64,000 nucleotides of DNA, from the IMG/VR virus record IMGVR_UViG_3300028786_000006, positions 64,001-128,000 of that record; one strand, written 5' to 3'. The stretch is from a virus. Shown in pieces: positions 19,616 to 29,224 of this stretch. Position 1 is the first letter of the stretch; each line of letters begins with the position of its first letter. Position numbers and translations under genes: made by a program. The notes under the pieces were generated by a model that was not told the origin of the DNA, did not search any database, and saw nothing but the letters and a program-made list of their open reading frames with translations.

Positions 19616-20050
19616 TTAGCTCGGGGTTTCAGTTACGGTCGGACCCTGAAGCCCAAGGGCCGGTAATTCGAACAGAAACTGTTTGACGGTTGGTTGGGTG
19701 CGGTTGCCGGCTTCAACTGCAGCCAGCTGGGTGTAGCAGTAATCCCAAACCAGCGAGCGCCAGGCTCGGAACGCCTTACCGTCTTTCTGAAACTTAGTCA
19801 CTGCTGGTTCTTCAGCATACGTGACCGCGTTGATGATGTTGTCGTAGCCATAGAGCTTGGCCGCTGAGTCGAGGTGGTTCTGAACGGCCACCTCATATTC
19901 CTTTTCAGTAGCGTCAGGCAGCCCCCACTTACCGGTAGCCAGGGCAACAAACGTCGGGTCTGTGCGCTCCGTTTTCATGGTGATCCAGCCTTCAGGGCAG
20001 ACACCATCGTACTGTTGGAGGGATTGTCCTACTTTAGCGAAAACTGCCAT
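19616..20050 (-). CDS. Tail fibre assembly chaperone-like protein
   Basis: VQNHLDSAA..GYDNI..AVTYA..FRAWRS.VW pattern; follows the fibre gene. Confidence 0.7.
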   Translation of the reverse strand: MAVFAKVGQSLQQYDGVCPEGWITMKTERTDPTFVALATGKWGLPDATEKEYEVAVQNHLDSAAKLYGYDNIINAVTYAEEPAVTKFQKDGKAFRAWRSLVWDYCYTQLAAVEAGNRTQPTVKQFLFELPALGLQGPTVTETPS

Positions 20051-21564
20051 TACACTGCTCCTTTAGACTTCCAAACTTTGACTCGTGATGGTAGAGAAGT
20101 AACAGTCCCTGTCGTCCCAAATGGGTCCCCCATGCTGGAACTATCTACCTTGATGGCCGTAACCCCTGTTTGGACGACAATACTACCCCCGTTGAGCTGG
20201 TTTGCCGCCGCGCCATACGAGGATGGAGACGAAAGTTGAAACCCTGGGTTACCCCACACCCCACCATATAGAACTTCCAATTGGCACATGACATGATAGC
20301 CAGGGAACGGGTTCGAAATCACATACCGGCTATTGACACCAATGTTGGCAGGGGAAGCCTGAGTACCGCCGTTAGGGTAAACGATGGTAAAATCGACCTG
20401 GCCGTTCAGAGTCTGAAAAGCGGCGTTCAGAACAGCGTAATCCGTTGCCAGCTGGGCGGCGTTGGCCGAGCCAGGATTGACTACTGCACCGAACAGTTTG
20501 ATCACCCAGCAACCGGTGGCACTGATCGGTCGGGATTCAGAACCACCGGAATTGTTGATCGTGATGCCTGTGGTCTTGCTGCCTGTGTTGGTTGAACCAG
20601 CAATAGCGCTGAACACGCCACCAGCTGTATACGCGGTGCCTGTTGTCACACCCATTGAGTGGAAGTGACCTGGGTCATTGATTGTATGGCCGTGGTCGAG
20701 GTTGCTAGACGATTGAATCACACCCGCAATGGCCGCCGACAACGTACCATCACCCCGCATGAACACAGCGCCCAAGCTACCAGCCGCTTTACCGTTGTAA
20801 TCTGGCATGCGGAACGTAGTAGAACCATCACCTACCGTGAAAGAACCGCGCTGTGTTGGGTCAGCGGTCCAGTTGGCTTCAGTGACGACAGGCATTTGGC
20901 CGCCGAGAATGGCCGTCGTCGCATCAGGGTAGGTGGCCCGAGAAACGGTTTGGCCGTCGGCCGGTACTCGACCGGCCGGAATCGCGGCCCGCAAACCAGG
21001 CCACCATTCAACGTGGAACATCGGTACAGCTGAGGCCAGGATCTTGGCGTCTGCTTCCGCTTTGGTGTAGACGTTTGCGATGTTGAACGTATCGAAGGCA
21101 ATAACCTGAAGGATGTCACCGGCCTGTAGACCAACACCAACGACAACGCTCGTGCCAGTGGAGGCGGTTACATCAGTGCCCTGGGAGAGAGCCACGCCGT
21201 TGACGGAGATAATCGTCGCTGTTGGAACATACCCCAGGTTCACGCCGTGAATGTCAACGCCGCTGAAGGTCGTCTGGCCAGCGCTGGCCACGAACTCATA
21301 CGTCACCAGGGTGCCGTTGATGCTGCCGATACCCAGGGTTACCCAGCCGCCGGCGATGTAACCTTCAAACTTCCCAGTTTCGGTGTTAGCCCGGAGGATA
21401 CCGTCGACGGGCGCCGGGTCACGGGCAGCGGTGTTACCAGAGGTGAGAACCAGGGTGCCCACCATGGTGAGCTTGCCGTTTACCGTGACACCCTTGGCAA
21501 ACGTCGAATCTTCCATGGACCACAGCCCATGCTTTACTTTGAATGGAACTTTATTGACAGCCAT
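20050..21564 (-). CDS. Tail fibre protein with collar domain
   Basis: IPAGRVPADGQTVSRATYP, GDGSTTFRMPDYNG and ESRP collar motifs. Confidence 0.85.
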   Translation of the reverse strand: MAVNKVPFKVKHGLWSMEDSTFAKGVTVNGKLTMVGTLVLTSGNTAARDPAPVDGILRANTETGKFEGYIAGGWVTLGIGSINGTLVTYEFVASAGQTTFSGVDIHGVNLGYVPTATIISVNGVALSQGTDVTASTGTSVVVGVGLQAGDILQVIAFDTFNIANVYTKAEADAKILASAVPMFHVEWWPGLRAAIPAGRVPADGQTVSRATYPDATTAILGGQMPVVTEANWTADPTQRGSFTVGDGSTTFRMPDYNGKAAGSLGAVFMRGDGTLSAAIAGVIQSSSNLDHGHTINDPGHFHSMGVTTGTAYTAGGVFSAIAGSTNTGSKTTGITINNSGGSESRPISATGCWVIKLFGAVVNPGSANAAQLATDYAVLNAAFQTLNGQVDFTIVYPNGGTQASPANIGVNSRYVISNPFPGYHVMCQLEVLYGGVWGNPGFQLSSPSSYGAAANQLNGGSIVVQTGVTAIKVDSSSMGDPFGTTGTVTSLPSRVKVWKSKGAV

Positions 21565-21602
21565 CTACCTTTCCCTTTCCAGGTATGATTGGGGTGTAGC
21601 CC

Positions 21603-23618
21603 TCACAGGAGGGCTACGGTCTTGAGTGAGAAGGAACATGAGCCGGTGTTCGGTAACACGTTCAGGATCACGTTGTTGCCGCTGACAGAGTACGAGAGGG
21701 TCATGAGGTCAGGGCCGACTTGCCCATACTCAGTTACATAGACTTCGGCCGCGCCGTCATGAGCCAGAAGCACCTCTACCACCTGACGAGGCCCGCCGGC
21801 TGTCGCAACGCAGCTGATGATGAACTTACCGCCCTGATAGACAGTTTTGTCTATGCTGGTAATGGCCGTACTCGTCGTGATGTTGGTCAGAAAGACGTTG
21901 GCTGCGTACAACGAAGCGACCTTGGCGTTCAAAGTCTTCAGGTTGACAGCGTCGTTGTCCGCAACCGGATCAGCCAACCAGTTGATCTGCTTGGCAGTAC
22001 CGGCGCTTGTGCCCATGGCCACCGGCACTGCCATCAATACAGAAGTGCTCTGAATTCTGACCTTCTCAACCCCAGTAACACTGAAACCAATACCGGTGCC
22101 AATGTTGAACATACCGTCAGCCGGGTATCCATTGAAGTTCAGAATCGGGAGAGCTGCTGTGCCCTGCTCCAACACCAATTGCTTCTTGGCGGAGATCGCC
22201 GTGGGTGTGACCCGCAGAACATCAACACCGCCCGGCCTGATTGCCACCAGGGTCGGGTCAGCAGCGATTATGTCAACATCGTTCGTTCCGCGGATACGAA
22301 CTGTCGAACCACGCACCCGTGCTTCGTTGGTTGCACTGAGCAGGACGTGGCGGGTTGCGCCGTCCAGGTAGTCAGTCAGGTAACCCAGTGAGTTCAGGGA
22401 GATGTATTTCCCCGCCTTGGTGAAGAGGCCTGTGGACTTGACCGAGAACACCTCTTGACCGGAGACCTGATGAACCACTTCACCGGCCAGGGCGTACGCG
22501 CCTGTGGTTGCGTCGCTGAAATTGTATGAGAGGGCACCGGTACTGCCGTCCTGGAACGTAGCCGATCCCAGGATTACCGGGTTCAGGCGCGGTAACTTCT
22601 TGTCATCCAGGTCCGAGATCGCAGTTTCGGTGTCAACTGTAGAAGCCTGGATGTCTTTCTTGTTCGCGTTCAGGCGGTCGTACGTGACCATCGAGGACCT
22701 GTAGTCACCGTAGGCGGCAACGACCATGCCCTGGCGATACGAACCCTGGGCCCCGGCAAACGAAACGACCTTGGACTGGTCGCGGAGCAGAAGCCATGCA
22801 CTACCAGACCAAACAACCGAGTCTCCCTGCCTGAACAGCTCAGTTGTTCCATCACCGACGATGTCAGCAGACCCGTCAGCAGACACCACATACTGAGAAC
22901 CATCCGGGCTGTCACCAGTCGGCGTTACTGGCGCGACAGCTTTCGCCAGGGTGGCATTGAGCGCATCACCGGCAACCGCGTTGGTGCTTGGGTCCCATGT
23001 ACCGCGAATCCTCAGACTCTTGGTGAGTCCACCCAAGAATGCAGACTTCTTGATCTTCCTGAGCAACCCGTCGGTCACACTGTGGAACAGCAGCTCATCC
23101 TCTTGGGCCGCTGTACCCGCCTCCGGTGTACCTGTGATGTCGACACGCAGCTTCGCGTTCGCGTCGTTCGTGGTTAATTTCAGACCGGGGATGAAGTCCA
23201 GTTCAACTTCGATGCTGTTGGGGGAACCCGCAACAAATCGAAGGCCCTTGCCGGCGACGTTGGTGTCTACGGCGCGCTTGTCCATGTACTCCTTGGCCAC
23301 CGCCCCGCGCCCGCCAACTGGGTCCGTCGCAATCGTAACCTCCTGGCCACTCGGGACGGTCAACCCAGAACTGAACAGCGCCGGGGCGAGGAAGTTCTTT
23401 TCGCCCTCGATCGACTGGGCCATGTCGTTATTGACGAAGCGTTCGTACAGGATGTCGACCAGGCGCTTCAGTTCGTGAGACATGGCCGAGGACGGTACGT
23501 GGTCTTCAAGGTTGGTTTCGAACGATTGGGTGATGGCGCTCTTGGGGATCAGGTAGTCTACCCGCTCAAGCCGCTCGTCGATCTCCTCACCATTATACTT
23601 GGACAGAAAGTCAGACAT
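21603..23618 (-). CDS. Tail fibre anchor/structural protein
   Basis: GTWDP...GDSVVW domain, DAVNLKTL trimeric motif, C-terminal HDG...TEYG beta domain. Confidence 0.65.
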   Translation of the reverse strand: MSDFLSKYNGEEIDERLERVDYLIPKSAITQSFETNLEDHVPSSAMSHELKRLVDILYERFVNNDMAQSIEGEKNFLAPALFSSGLTVPSGQEVTIATDPVGGRGAVAKEYMDKRAVDTNVAGKGLRFVAGSPNSIEVELDFIPGLKLTTNDANAKLRVDITGTPEAGTAAQEDELLFHSVTDGLLRKIKKSAFLGGLTKSLRIRGTWDPSTNAVAGDALNATLAKAVAPVTPTGDSPDGSQYVVSADGSADIVGDGTTELFRQGDSVVWSGSAWLLLRDQSKVVSFAGAQGSYRQGMVVAAYGDYRSSMVTYDRLNANKKDIQASTVDTETAISDLDDKKLPRLNPVILGSATFQDGSTGALSYNFSDATTGAYALAGEVVHQVSGQEVFSVKSTGLFTKAGKYISLNSLGYLTDYLDGATRHVLLSATNEARVRGSTVRIRGTNDVDIIAADPTLVAIRPGGVDVLRVTPTAISAKKQLVLEQGTAALPILNFNGYPADGMFNIGTGIGFSVTGVEKVRIQSTSVLMAVPVAMGTSAGTAKQINWLADPVADNDAVNLKTLNAKVASLYAANVFLTNITTSTAITSIDKTVYQGGKFIISCVATAGGPRQVVEVLLAHDGAAEVYVTEYGQVGPDLMTLSYSVSGNNVILNVLPNTGSCSFSLKTVALL

Positions 23619-24495
23619 TGTTTACCTCAGCATTCTTCTGGAGATGCACTTTGAACCCAGCTGGGTGGAAATTGGTCAGGAAAATAGTCCTGAAGAAGAA
23701 ATCGTATTCAGCGGGGTCGCGGTTCGTGAGGATCACGTAGGTGAACTCGTTGAACACCTCGTCGTCCCGCAAGCGCTTGGCGCTGTCCAGAACCATACAG
23801 TCGTCGGCAACCATGATGTCGACCTTTGGGTTGTAGGTCTCGATCGTTTCACCGAAGAAGATGTTGAAGAACAGCTCAGCGGCCTTTTCAGTACCTCGGA
23901 TGGCGTAGATGTGGTTCAAAAGCTTCAAAAGCCTGATGTTATCTAGTGTTCGATAACGTTTCGGATTTTCACTGTTGAACACCACCACGTTTTCACTGTC
24001 CGAGGTATTGAACGGGTCGTATGACGCGGTCAGGAGGTGGCTGTAGTTCTCGATGAGATTGTCTGCAGTCTTCGCGAAGTTGAACGAGCTGAACCACTCG
24101 TTCATGTGCTTCTCGTTGACCCGAGTCGACTCCATAGGGCGGTCGCTGTGGTCGGAGAACGACTCGCCATCAGCGGTTTCGAACTCTTCGAAGCGACGCT
24201 CCATGCGGTAGTCATCAGCCAGGCGGTCGGCCTCAGTACCCGGCGGCGTCTCCCTGATCTTGTCAATCAGCGGGCTTTGGCCCGCGAGAGACTCTTCACC
24301 AGTCCGGATGAACCCATCGATGTCGATCTTCTGCCAGCTGGTGTCAGACTTCAACATTTCCAGCTCGCCGGGGGTAACGTTGTCAGTGCGATGGAGCCAC
24401 TCGTAGTACCCCTTCAGGAACGCCACGAAATCCGGGTAGTGTTCTCTGAAGTGGGACGGGAGTTGCGACTCGATCCGGAGGGATTGGTTAGGCAT
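23611..24495 (-). CDS. Baseplate wedge subunit (gp7-like)
   Basis: QLPSHFREHYPDFVAFLKGYYEWL, IYAIRGT and FHPAGF motifs; likely start at ATG 24495, overlapping the gp6 stop. Confidence 0.75.
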   Translation of the reverse strand: MPNQSLRIESQLPSHFREHYPDFVAFLKGYYEWLHRTDNVTPGELEMLKSDTSWQKIDIDGFIRTGEESLAGQSPLIDKIRETPPGTEADRLADDYRMERRFEEFETADGESFSDHSDRPMESTRVNEKHMNEWFSSFNFAKTADNLIENYSHLLTASYDPFNTSDSENVVVFNSENPKRYRTLDNIRLLKLLNHIYAIRGTEKAAELFFNIFFGETIETYNPKVDIMVADDCMVLDSAKRLRDDEVFNEFTYVILTNRDPAEYDFFFRTIFLTNFHPAGFKVHLQKNAEVNNV

Positions 24496-26257
24496 TGCTC
24501 GATACCAGGTTGATGGACACCGTGTTGACTTCGATGATGTCGCTGCGCAAGGCGTTGATGTTCTGGTCGTAACCAGAGCTGGTGGCCTTGACAACCACGA
24601 AATCTCCGATCAGCTTGTTGGGCCGGAACTTCACGAGGTTGACAACGCCAGTCAGGTAGTTTACTGAGCCCGCGCTGCCCATCGATTTGACCTCAGTACC
24701 CTTGGTTTTCATTAGCTTCAGAACACCCAGGCCGTCGTCGATGATCCGGTAGGTGTACCCCATGTCAGCATCAGACACTGCGAAACCTGTGATGATGACG
24801 CTATTGGGCTTCAGATCTTTGTTGAAGTTGATGCTGTAAGCGCCGGCGAAGTTCAGTTCAGGAACGACATGCTTCTCGTACTCGACCTGGGTCACGTTAC
24901 CACTGAAGGAACGATCGATGTTCTTGATGAACGCGGTCAGTTGCGACAGGTCGAAGTTGCGCCCGAAGCGCTCCAGGTTGTTCTTGGAGAAGGTTGTGAT
25001 GTAGTCGGCAACTTTCTTCTTCAGGGAGGCTTCGTCGAGACTGGTGGCGCTCGGGTTGTACTTGATCGTGCTGCTGACGTTCAGGTAGTAATACGTCGGG
25101 TCAACCGCGATCGGGGTCATGGACCCCACGTTGTGCTTCTTCAGTAGCTTGACCAGGTCAGCTTTCTGAAGGTCATCCAACACTTCCGAGCTGTGCGGCT
25201 TCACTGCCACAAAGGTGTAACCGTAGCGCCGTGGCTCGTTCTCTTCGCCGCCCCAGCTGATCACGTCATCGGCTTCAGGGTACAGGCGCTTGGTGATGAT
25301 CGCATAGTCAGAATCAACAACAGCGGCCCCGCCGGAACGGAAGTTGATCGGGGCAATCTTCTTGATCGACTCGATGCTCTCCTCGTCCGTCCCTCCGACG
25401 CTTCGAGCGCTTTTCTCGCTAACTGCTACGACGCTATACCCGCCGACAGAAGATGCCGCTGTGATGCCCTTGATGCCGTTACCGGCCACGCCTTCAGTCA
25501 CTAGGTAACGAGCCAGGATGACGTTGCCATCGGACAGCTTCTTCGACAGCTGGTCATCACCAAATTCCATCTGGTAGTAGCCATTGCGGCCCAGGGACAG
25601 ATAGTAGAGCTGATTCTGCGCGCCCAGGTCATACGGCGTCCGATAGCGGCGGTAGGTGTTCAGGGTGTCGATAGTGGATGAGACCATCACACTGACATCC
25701 AGGGTGTCGATGTCGATCGAGGTACTTGGGATTTCATATACGTCGATCGCGCTACCGAGAACGTCATACGAGTTGACGATCCAGGTGCCCTGCAGCAGTT
25801 TCACGTCGCTGAAGAGGTAGTTGCCGTCATCACCCAACACGGCAGAGTACTCGGTGTTTGGGCTGAAGCTGTACGGCGTACCGTCGCGGACTGCCATGAA
25901 CCGGGCGTCGCGCTTCATTACCAGCTCCGAGGGAGCCGTGAGAGGGTCTGGAGGCGTTACCAGCACATCTACCACGAAGGTGGAGGCCTTTTTAGAGCCG
26001 GGCGTATACGCCAAGATGGCACAGTTGGAGCCCACGTTGTTGCGTTGTTCAGCGGTGTCCAAGTGCAGCTCGTTGAAGAGCATGTTGTTGGAGAACGCCT
26101 GGTTGTTGGCGTTGTAGCTCAACAGCCGAAGGAGCTGAGTGATACCGGCGCCTTCAAAGTTATAATCTTTGAATTGATCTTGGGACTGGTAGAATCGCTT
26201 CAGCGAGTCCATGATGCCATCAAAGTCGAGATTGGTGAAAGTTTGGCGGGTAGACAT
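24488..26257 (-). CDS. 6: Baseplate wedge subunit gp6
   Basis: LDFDGI, FKDYNFEG, FGDD, ESIESIK and WGGEEN motifs. Confidence 0.93.
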   Translation of the reverse strand: MSTRQTFTNLDFDGIMDSLKRFYQSQDQFKDYNFEGAGITQLLRLLSYNANNQAFSNNMLFNELHLDTAEQRNNVGSNCAILAYTPGSKKASTFVVDVLVTPPDPLTAPSELVMKRDARFMAVRDGTPYSFSPNTEYSAVLGDDGNYLFSDVKLLQGTWIVNSYDVLGSAIDVYEIPSTSIDIDTLDVSVMVSSTIDTLNTYRRYRTPYDLGAQNQLYYLSLGRNGYYQMEFGDDQLSKKLSDGNVILARYLVTEGVAGNGIKGITAASSVGGYSVVAVSEKSARSVGGTDEESIESIKKIAPINFRSGGAAVVDSDYAIITKRLYPEADDVISWGGEENEPRRYGYTFVAVKPHSSEVLDDLQKADLVKLLKKHNVGSMTPIAVDPTYYYLNVSSTIKYNPSATSLDEASLKKKVADYITTFSKNNLERFGRNFDLSQLTAFIKNIDRSFSGNVTQVEYEKHVVPELNFAGAYSINFNKDLKPNSVIITGFAVSDADMGYTYRIIDDGLGVLKLMKTKGTEVKSMGSAGSVNYLTGVVNLVKFRPNKLIGDFVVVKATSSGYDQNINALRSDIIEVNTVSINLVSSNA

Positions 26258-26290
26258 CAGCCTAATCCTCTGAGTATAGAACGTCTCGGT

Positions 26291-26327
26291 TACTTACACT
26301 GGCCAACTTCCCCGTGCCCTTTAAGTA
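26291..26327. promoter_or_regulatory. Divergent late promoters (TAAGTA on both strands)
   Basis: TAAGTA on - at 26291-26296 facing gp6; TTAAGTA on + at 26321-26327 facing the lysis genes. Confidence 0.55.
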
Positions 26328-26368
26328 TCCGTAGAGCAACCCCACCAACTTTCTTCAGGTTCCCTCCC

Positions 26369-26698
26369 ATGGTAACGATTCAAATCGTCCCCATCATCGC
26401 GTGGCTGTTTGTACTGGCCAAAAGTGTCAGAATTATCAGCCTCTGTAAGTGCAAGGTGAACCCGAAGCGCAAGGAAGCGGCTATCATTCTCACCAGCGCA
26501 ACGGCCGCCGTGTTTTCAATCGGCCTACAGCTTGACATCATGTTCAACGGCTCTCGATACCTCGACAGCGTTGTCATAAACCGAATGATGGTCGCAGTCT
26601 TCCTGTTGTTTGCGCTTTGGGATATCTTCATTCTGAAGTACATCACTGAGACTTCCAACATCTGCGTCAGACGAAAGGAAGCCCCCTGTGAGCACTGA
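26369..26698 (+). CDS. Multi-pass membrane protein (lysis-associated?)
   Basis: Three hydrophobic segments; overlaps the holin start. Confidence 0.6.
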   Translation: MVTIQIVPIIAWLFVLAKSVRIISLCKCKVNPKRKEAAIILTSATAAVFSIGLQLDIMFNGSRYLDSVVINRMMVAVFLLFALWDIFILKYITETSNICVRRKEAPCEH

Positions 26699-27023
26699 AA
26701 CCTTGATTTTCGAACTTTCCGAGAAGGCGCAGCGCTACCTGTCGGTGGGCATCGTGTCGGCAATTGGTGGTATCGCCAGTTACCTGTACGAGCACGTGAA
26801 AGGTGAACGCGACTTCTCCTTCCTGTCGTTCCTGACCATGATCTTCCTGGCATTCTTCGTCGGTAACGTCCTGGGTGAGTTCATCCCCCACGACATGAAG
26901 TCGCGTGATGGAATCCTGATGGTCGCTGGCTTCTCGAGCTGGCCTATCCTGGACGCCCTCAAGTCCAACGGCAAAAAGATCGCCGAGGCCGTCTTCAGCC
27001 GTGTCCTCAAGATCTTCAAGTAA
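26688..27023 (+). CDS. Holin (LydA-like)
   Basis: Three TM segments, GGIASYL, AFFVG and AGF motifs, basic C-terminus. Confidence 0.7.
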   Translation: MSTETLIFELSEKAQRYLSVGIVSAIGGIASYLYEHVKGERDFSFLSFLTMIFLAFFVGNVLGEFIPHDMKSRDGILMVAGFSSWPILDALKSNGKKIAEAVFSRVLKIFK

Positions 27024-27173
27024 TAAATTCGTCAGGGGCCGCCCCGCTACGGCCCCATGAATCCTTTGAGCTACCCGAACACCAAATCGATTTACAGATC
27101 AACACCCGCCCGCTACCCTAAAGCCCAAACGCAGAGACAGATTCGATAAGGGCTCCTTGAGCCGCCCCGTGCT

Positions 27174-27201
27174 TTGCCTGGCCGCACGCCTTGAGTATAC
27201 T
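27174..27201 (+). promoter_or_regulatory. Sigma70-type early promoter
   Basis: TTGCCT-N16-TATACT. Confidence 0.7.
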
Positions 27202-27218
27202 GCGTCGACCAACATATC

Positions 27219-27524
27219 ATGGATCCTGTTATGGAAATTGAAATCCGTTCAATCGGCGTGGGCTGGAATAAGGACCGCCAAAACGAAAAGAAATGGCGTG
27301 TCAAAGTTACTGGCACAGTCAAATGCCGCGAGGCCACTGTTCAATTCACCCTCTTCAAACATCGCGGTGAGGCCAGTTCTTTGAAGTTCTCTGCGGGCCG
27401 GTTGTTTGAGGTGAACATGGCCCCTGCTTCTCGCATGGAACTTGCGCTCAAAATCAAGGCGCACTGTGAGAAGCACTTGACCGAGCAAATTCAAATCATT
27501 ATGCGCACAAGGTCTCCACTATGA
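27219..27524 (+). CDS. Hypothetical early protein
   Basis: First ORF after the promoter; coupled to the next ORF. Confidence 0.6.
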   Translation: MDPVMEIEIRSIGVGWNKDRQNEKKWRVKVTGTVKCREATVQFTLFKHRGEASSLKFSAGRLFEVNMAPASRMELALKIKAHCEKHLTEQIQIIMRTRSPL

Positions 27525-27682
27525 GAGTGTCCGTGGGTAAACGCCCTGTCGTGTACTTGACCAACGGCCCGTACGCCGGGCGAACCGTTCGAGCCAATGC
27601 GAACCGCAGCCTTCAGATCCGCGTGAACGGCTTCTTCGGCTATTACTGTGATGGGGCGTGGGTTGATGCTATACCCTCTTGA
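27521..27682 (+). CDS. Small hypothetical protein (53 aa)
   Basis: ATGA overlap with the previous stop; MRVSVGKRPVVYLTNGPYAG... Confidence 0.5.
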   Translation: MRVSVGKRPVVYLTNGPYAGRTVRANANRSLQIRVNGFFGYYCDGAWVDAIPS

Positions 27683-27775
27683 GCTGTTGATGCATTGCCT
27701 GATGACGTATGGCCGGCCTATCGTTTTATTCGCTTACGCCGTGGCCTCAACCGTCACATTCATTTGGAGTTGAAC

Positions 27776-28111
27776 ATGAATCAAACCGAAGAGCCCAAAG
27801 AGCCCGATACCCGGGACATACTTGAAAAGCTCACCTCGTGGAGAAAGGAATTGCCCGGTATCTGGTACGGTAACCCCGTGATTGAAGGTAGCATCGACGA
27901 AATCAAGCGTCTTCGCACCGAAAATGCTGAGTTGCGCGGCGAACCCGCCCCCAACTTCTCGAACCTCGACCGCATCAAAAACCCGCTGGGGTACTGCCCG
28001 CACTGCCATAAGCCCGGTAATCGGCGCGAGAAAAGCATCAACGGCAACGACACCTGTGACGGCGGCCACGTCTACCCGTCTTCCGCAGCCCTTCAACTTC
28101 TGACCGAGTAA
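27776..28111 (+). CDS. Hypothetical protein with C-terminal Zn-ribbon
   Basis: GGAG RBS; CPHC...CDGGH. Confidence 0.65.
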   Translation: MNQTEEPKEPDTRDILEKLTSWRKELPGIWYGNPVIEGSIDEIKRLRTENAELRGEPAPNFSNLDRIKNPLGYCPHCHKPGNRREKSINGNDTCDGGHVYPSSAALQLLTE

Positions 28112-28116
28112 CCACC

Positions 28117-28449
28117 TTGAGCAAATCTATCGTAACCCTGATCATCGCGTTCGCCCTGGTCGTTGCTTCCCAGGTCTGGCCCCACTTCATCCGCAACGAG
28201 CAAACGGTGACGGTCAACAAGACCGAGCAACGCTGTGAAGCTCAGAAGACCTGCAAGTACCTGGTCTTCACCGACAAAGGCGTGTACAAGAACACCGACA
28301 CCTGGTTGGAGTTCAAGTGGAACAGCTCGGACATGTACGGTGATTTGGTGGCCGGCAAGTCCTACACCATCAAGTCCTACGGCTTGCGCTGGTCGTTCTT
28401 CAGCTGGTATCCGAACATCGTCAAAGCCACCCCGGTGGCCGCGCAATGA
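28117..28449 (+). CDS. Secreted/membrane-anchored conserved phage protein
   Basis: N-terminal TM segment; KYLVFTD..NTD..KWNSSD..G.R...SWYPNI pattern. Confidence 0.7.
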   Translation: MSKSIVTLIIAFALVVASQVWPHFIRNEQTVTVNKTEQRCEAQKTCKYLVFTDKGVYKNTDTWLEFKWNSSDMYGDLVAGKSYTIKSYGLRWSFFSWYPNIVKATPVAAQ

Positions 28450-28739
28450 GGGCGGTTGAACTCGGAACTGGCAAGTTCATCCTCTCGTTCGGTATGGCAA
28501 CTCTGAGCACTAACGGTAAAGTGCAAGAATGCCTGCGCATGCTCCACGTCGGCGACCGTGGGTTTGCCCCTGGGGAAAAGTTAGGTGAGCACATCAGCGA
28601 ACTCGAACTGGCCTCTATGGCGGACGACAGCAAGTCGGTGGCGATCCTTTTCCGTACCCCGGAAGACCGCAAGCGCCTGATTGATTACCTGTCGCAGATT
28701 CCTTTTGAAGCGACGGTAAATACAGCCCCAACAGCCTAA
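28446..28739 (+). CDS. Hypothetical protein
   Basis: Translationally coupled ORF. Confidence 0.55.
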   Translation: MRAVELGTGKFILSFGMATLSTNGKVQECLRMLHVGDRGFAPGEKLGEHISELELASMADDSKSVAILFRTPEDRKRLIDYLSQIPFEATVNTAPTA

Positions 28740-28765
28740 CCCCACCCATGTAGGAGAGCCGCCCG

Positions 28766-29224
28766 GTGCACATAATCCAAGACATCCTGACCGTGATCAA
28801 CAACCTGATTCTTCCGGTTGGGAACCTGGGATACACCCGTGGCTCAATGCCTCAGATCGACAGCGACCGGGTCGACGAGTTCATTGAGTACCTTCACCAA
28901 AACGGGGTTGAAGTATCGCCCGTGAAAGTTCGAACCAAGATGCTGCGCTTGACCCAGAACGAGGTCAACAAGCTCAAAGTGTTTGAAGTCATGCAGCGGT
29001 TGCGGAAGGGGTACAAGCTCCCTCCGTTCTTCTACTCGAAGGACTACTATGTGCTCGACGGCTCACACCGCTTCGTGGGCCAGTTCAACCTCGACAAAGA
29101 AAAGCCAGTGCCTGCGTGGAAGGTCGACATGCCAATGCAGCAGCTGATCAAACTGGCCAACCTATTTTCTGGTGTCCGCCACCGTACCGTGTCGGACCGC
29201 AAACTTGAGAAACCGAAGAAATGA
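28766..29224 (+). CDS. ParB/Srx-like domain protein
   Basis: LRLTQ...PPFFYSKDYYVLDGSHRF; AGGAG RBS; GTAAATA late-promoter-like site at 28716. Confidence 0.7.
   Translation: MHIIQDILTVINNLILPVGNLGYTRGSMPQIDSDRVDEFIEYLHQNGVEVSPVKVRTKMLRLTQNEVNKLKVFEVMQRLRKGYKLPPFFYSKDYYVLDGSHRFVGQFNLDKEKPVPAWKVDMPMQQLIKLANLFSGVRHRTVSDRKLEKPKK

Noticed and set aside
24496-24594. Upstream extension of the gp7-like ORF
   Set aside because: Lies inside gp6; the conserved-looking sequence begins at ATG 24495
26045-26368. N-terminal half of the 217-aa ORF
   Set aside because: Overlaps gp6 antisense and the divergent promoters; the likely start is ATG 26369
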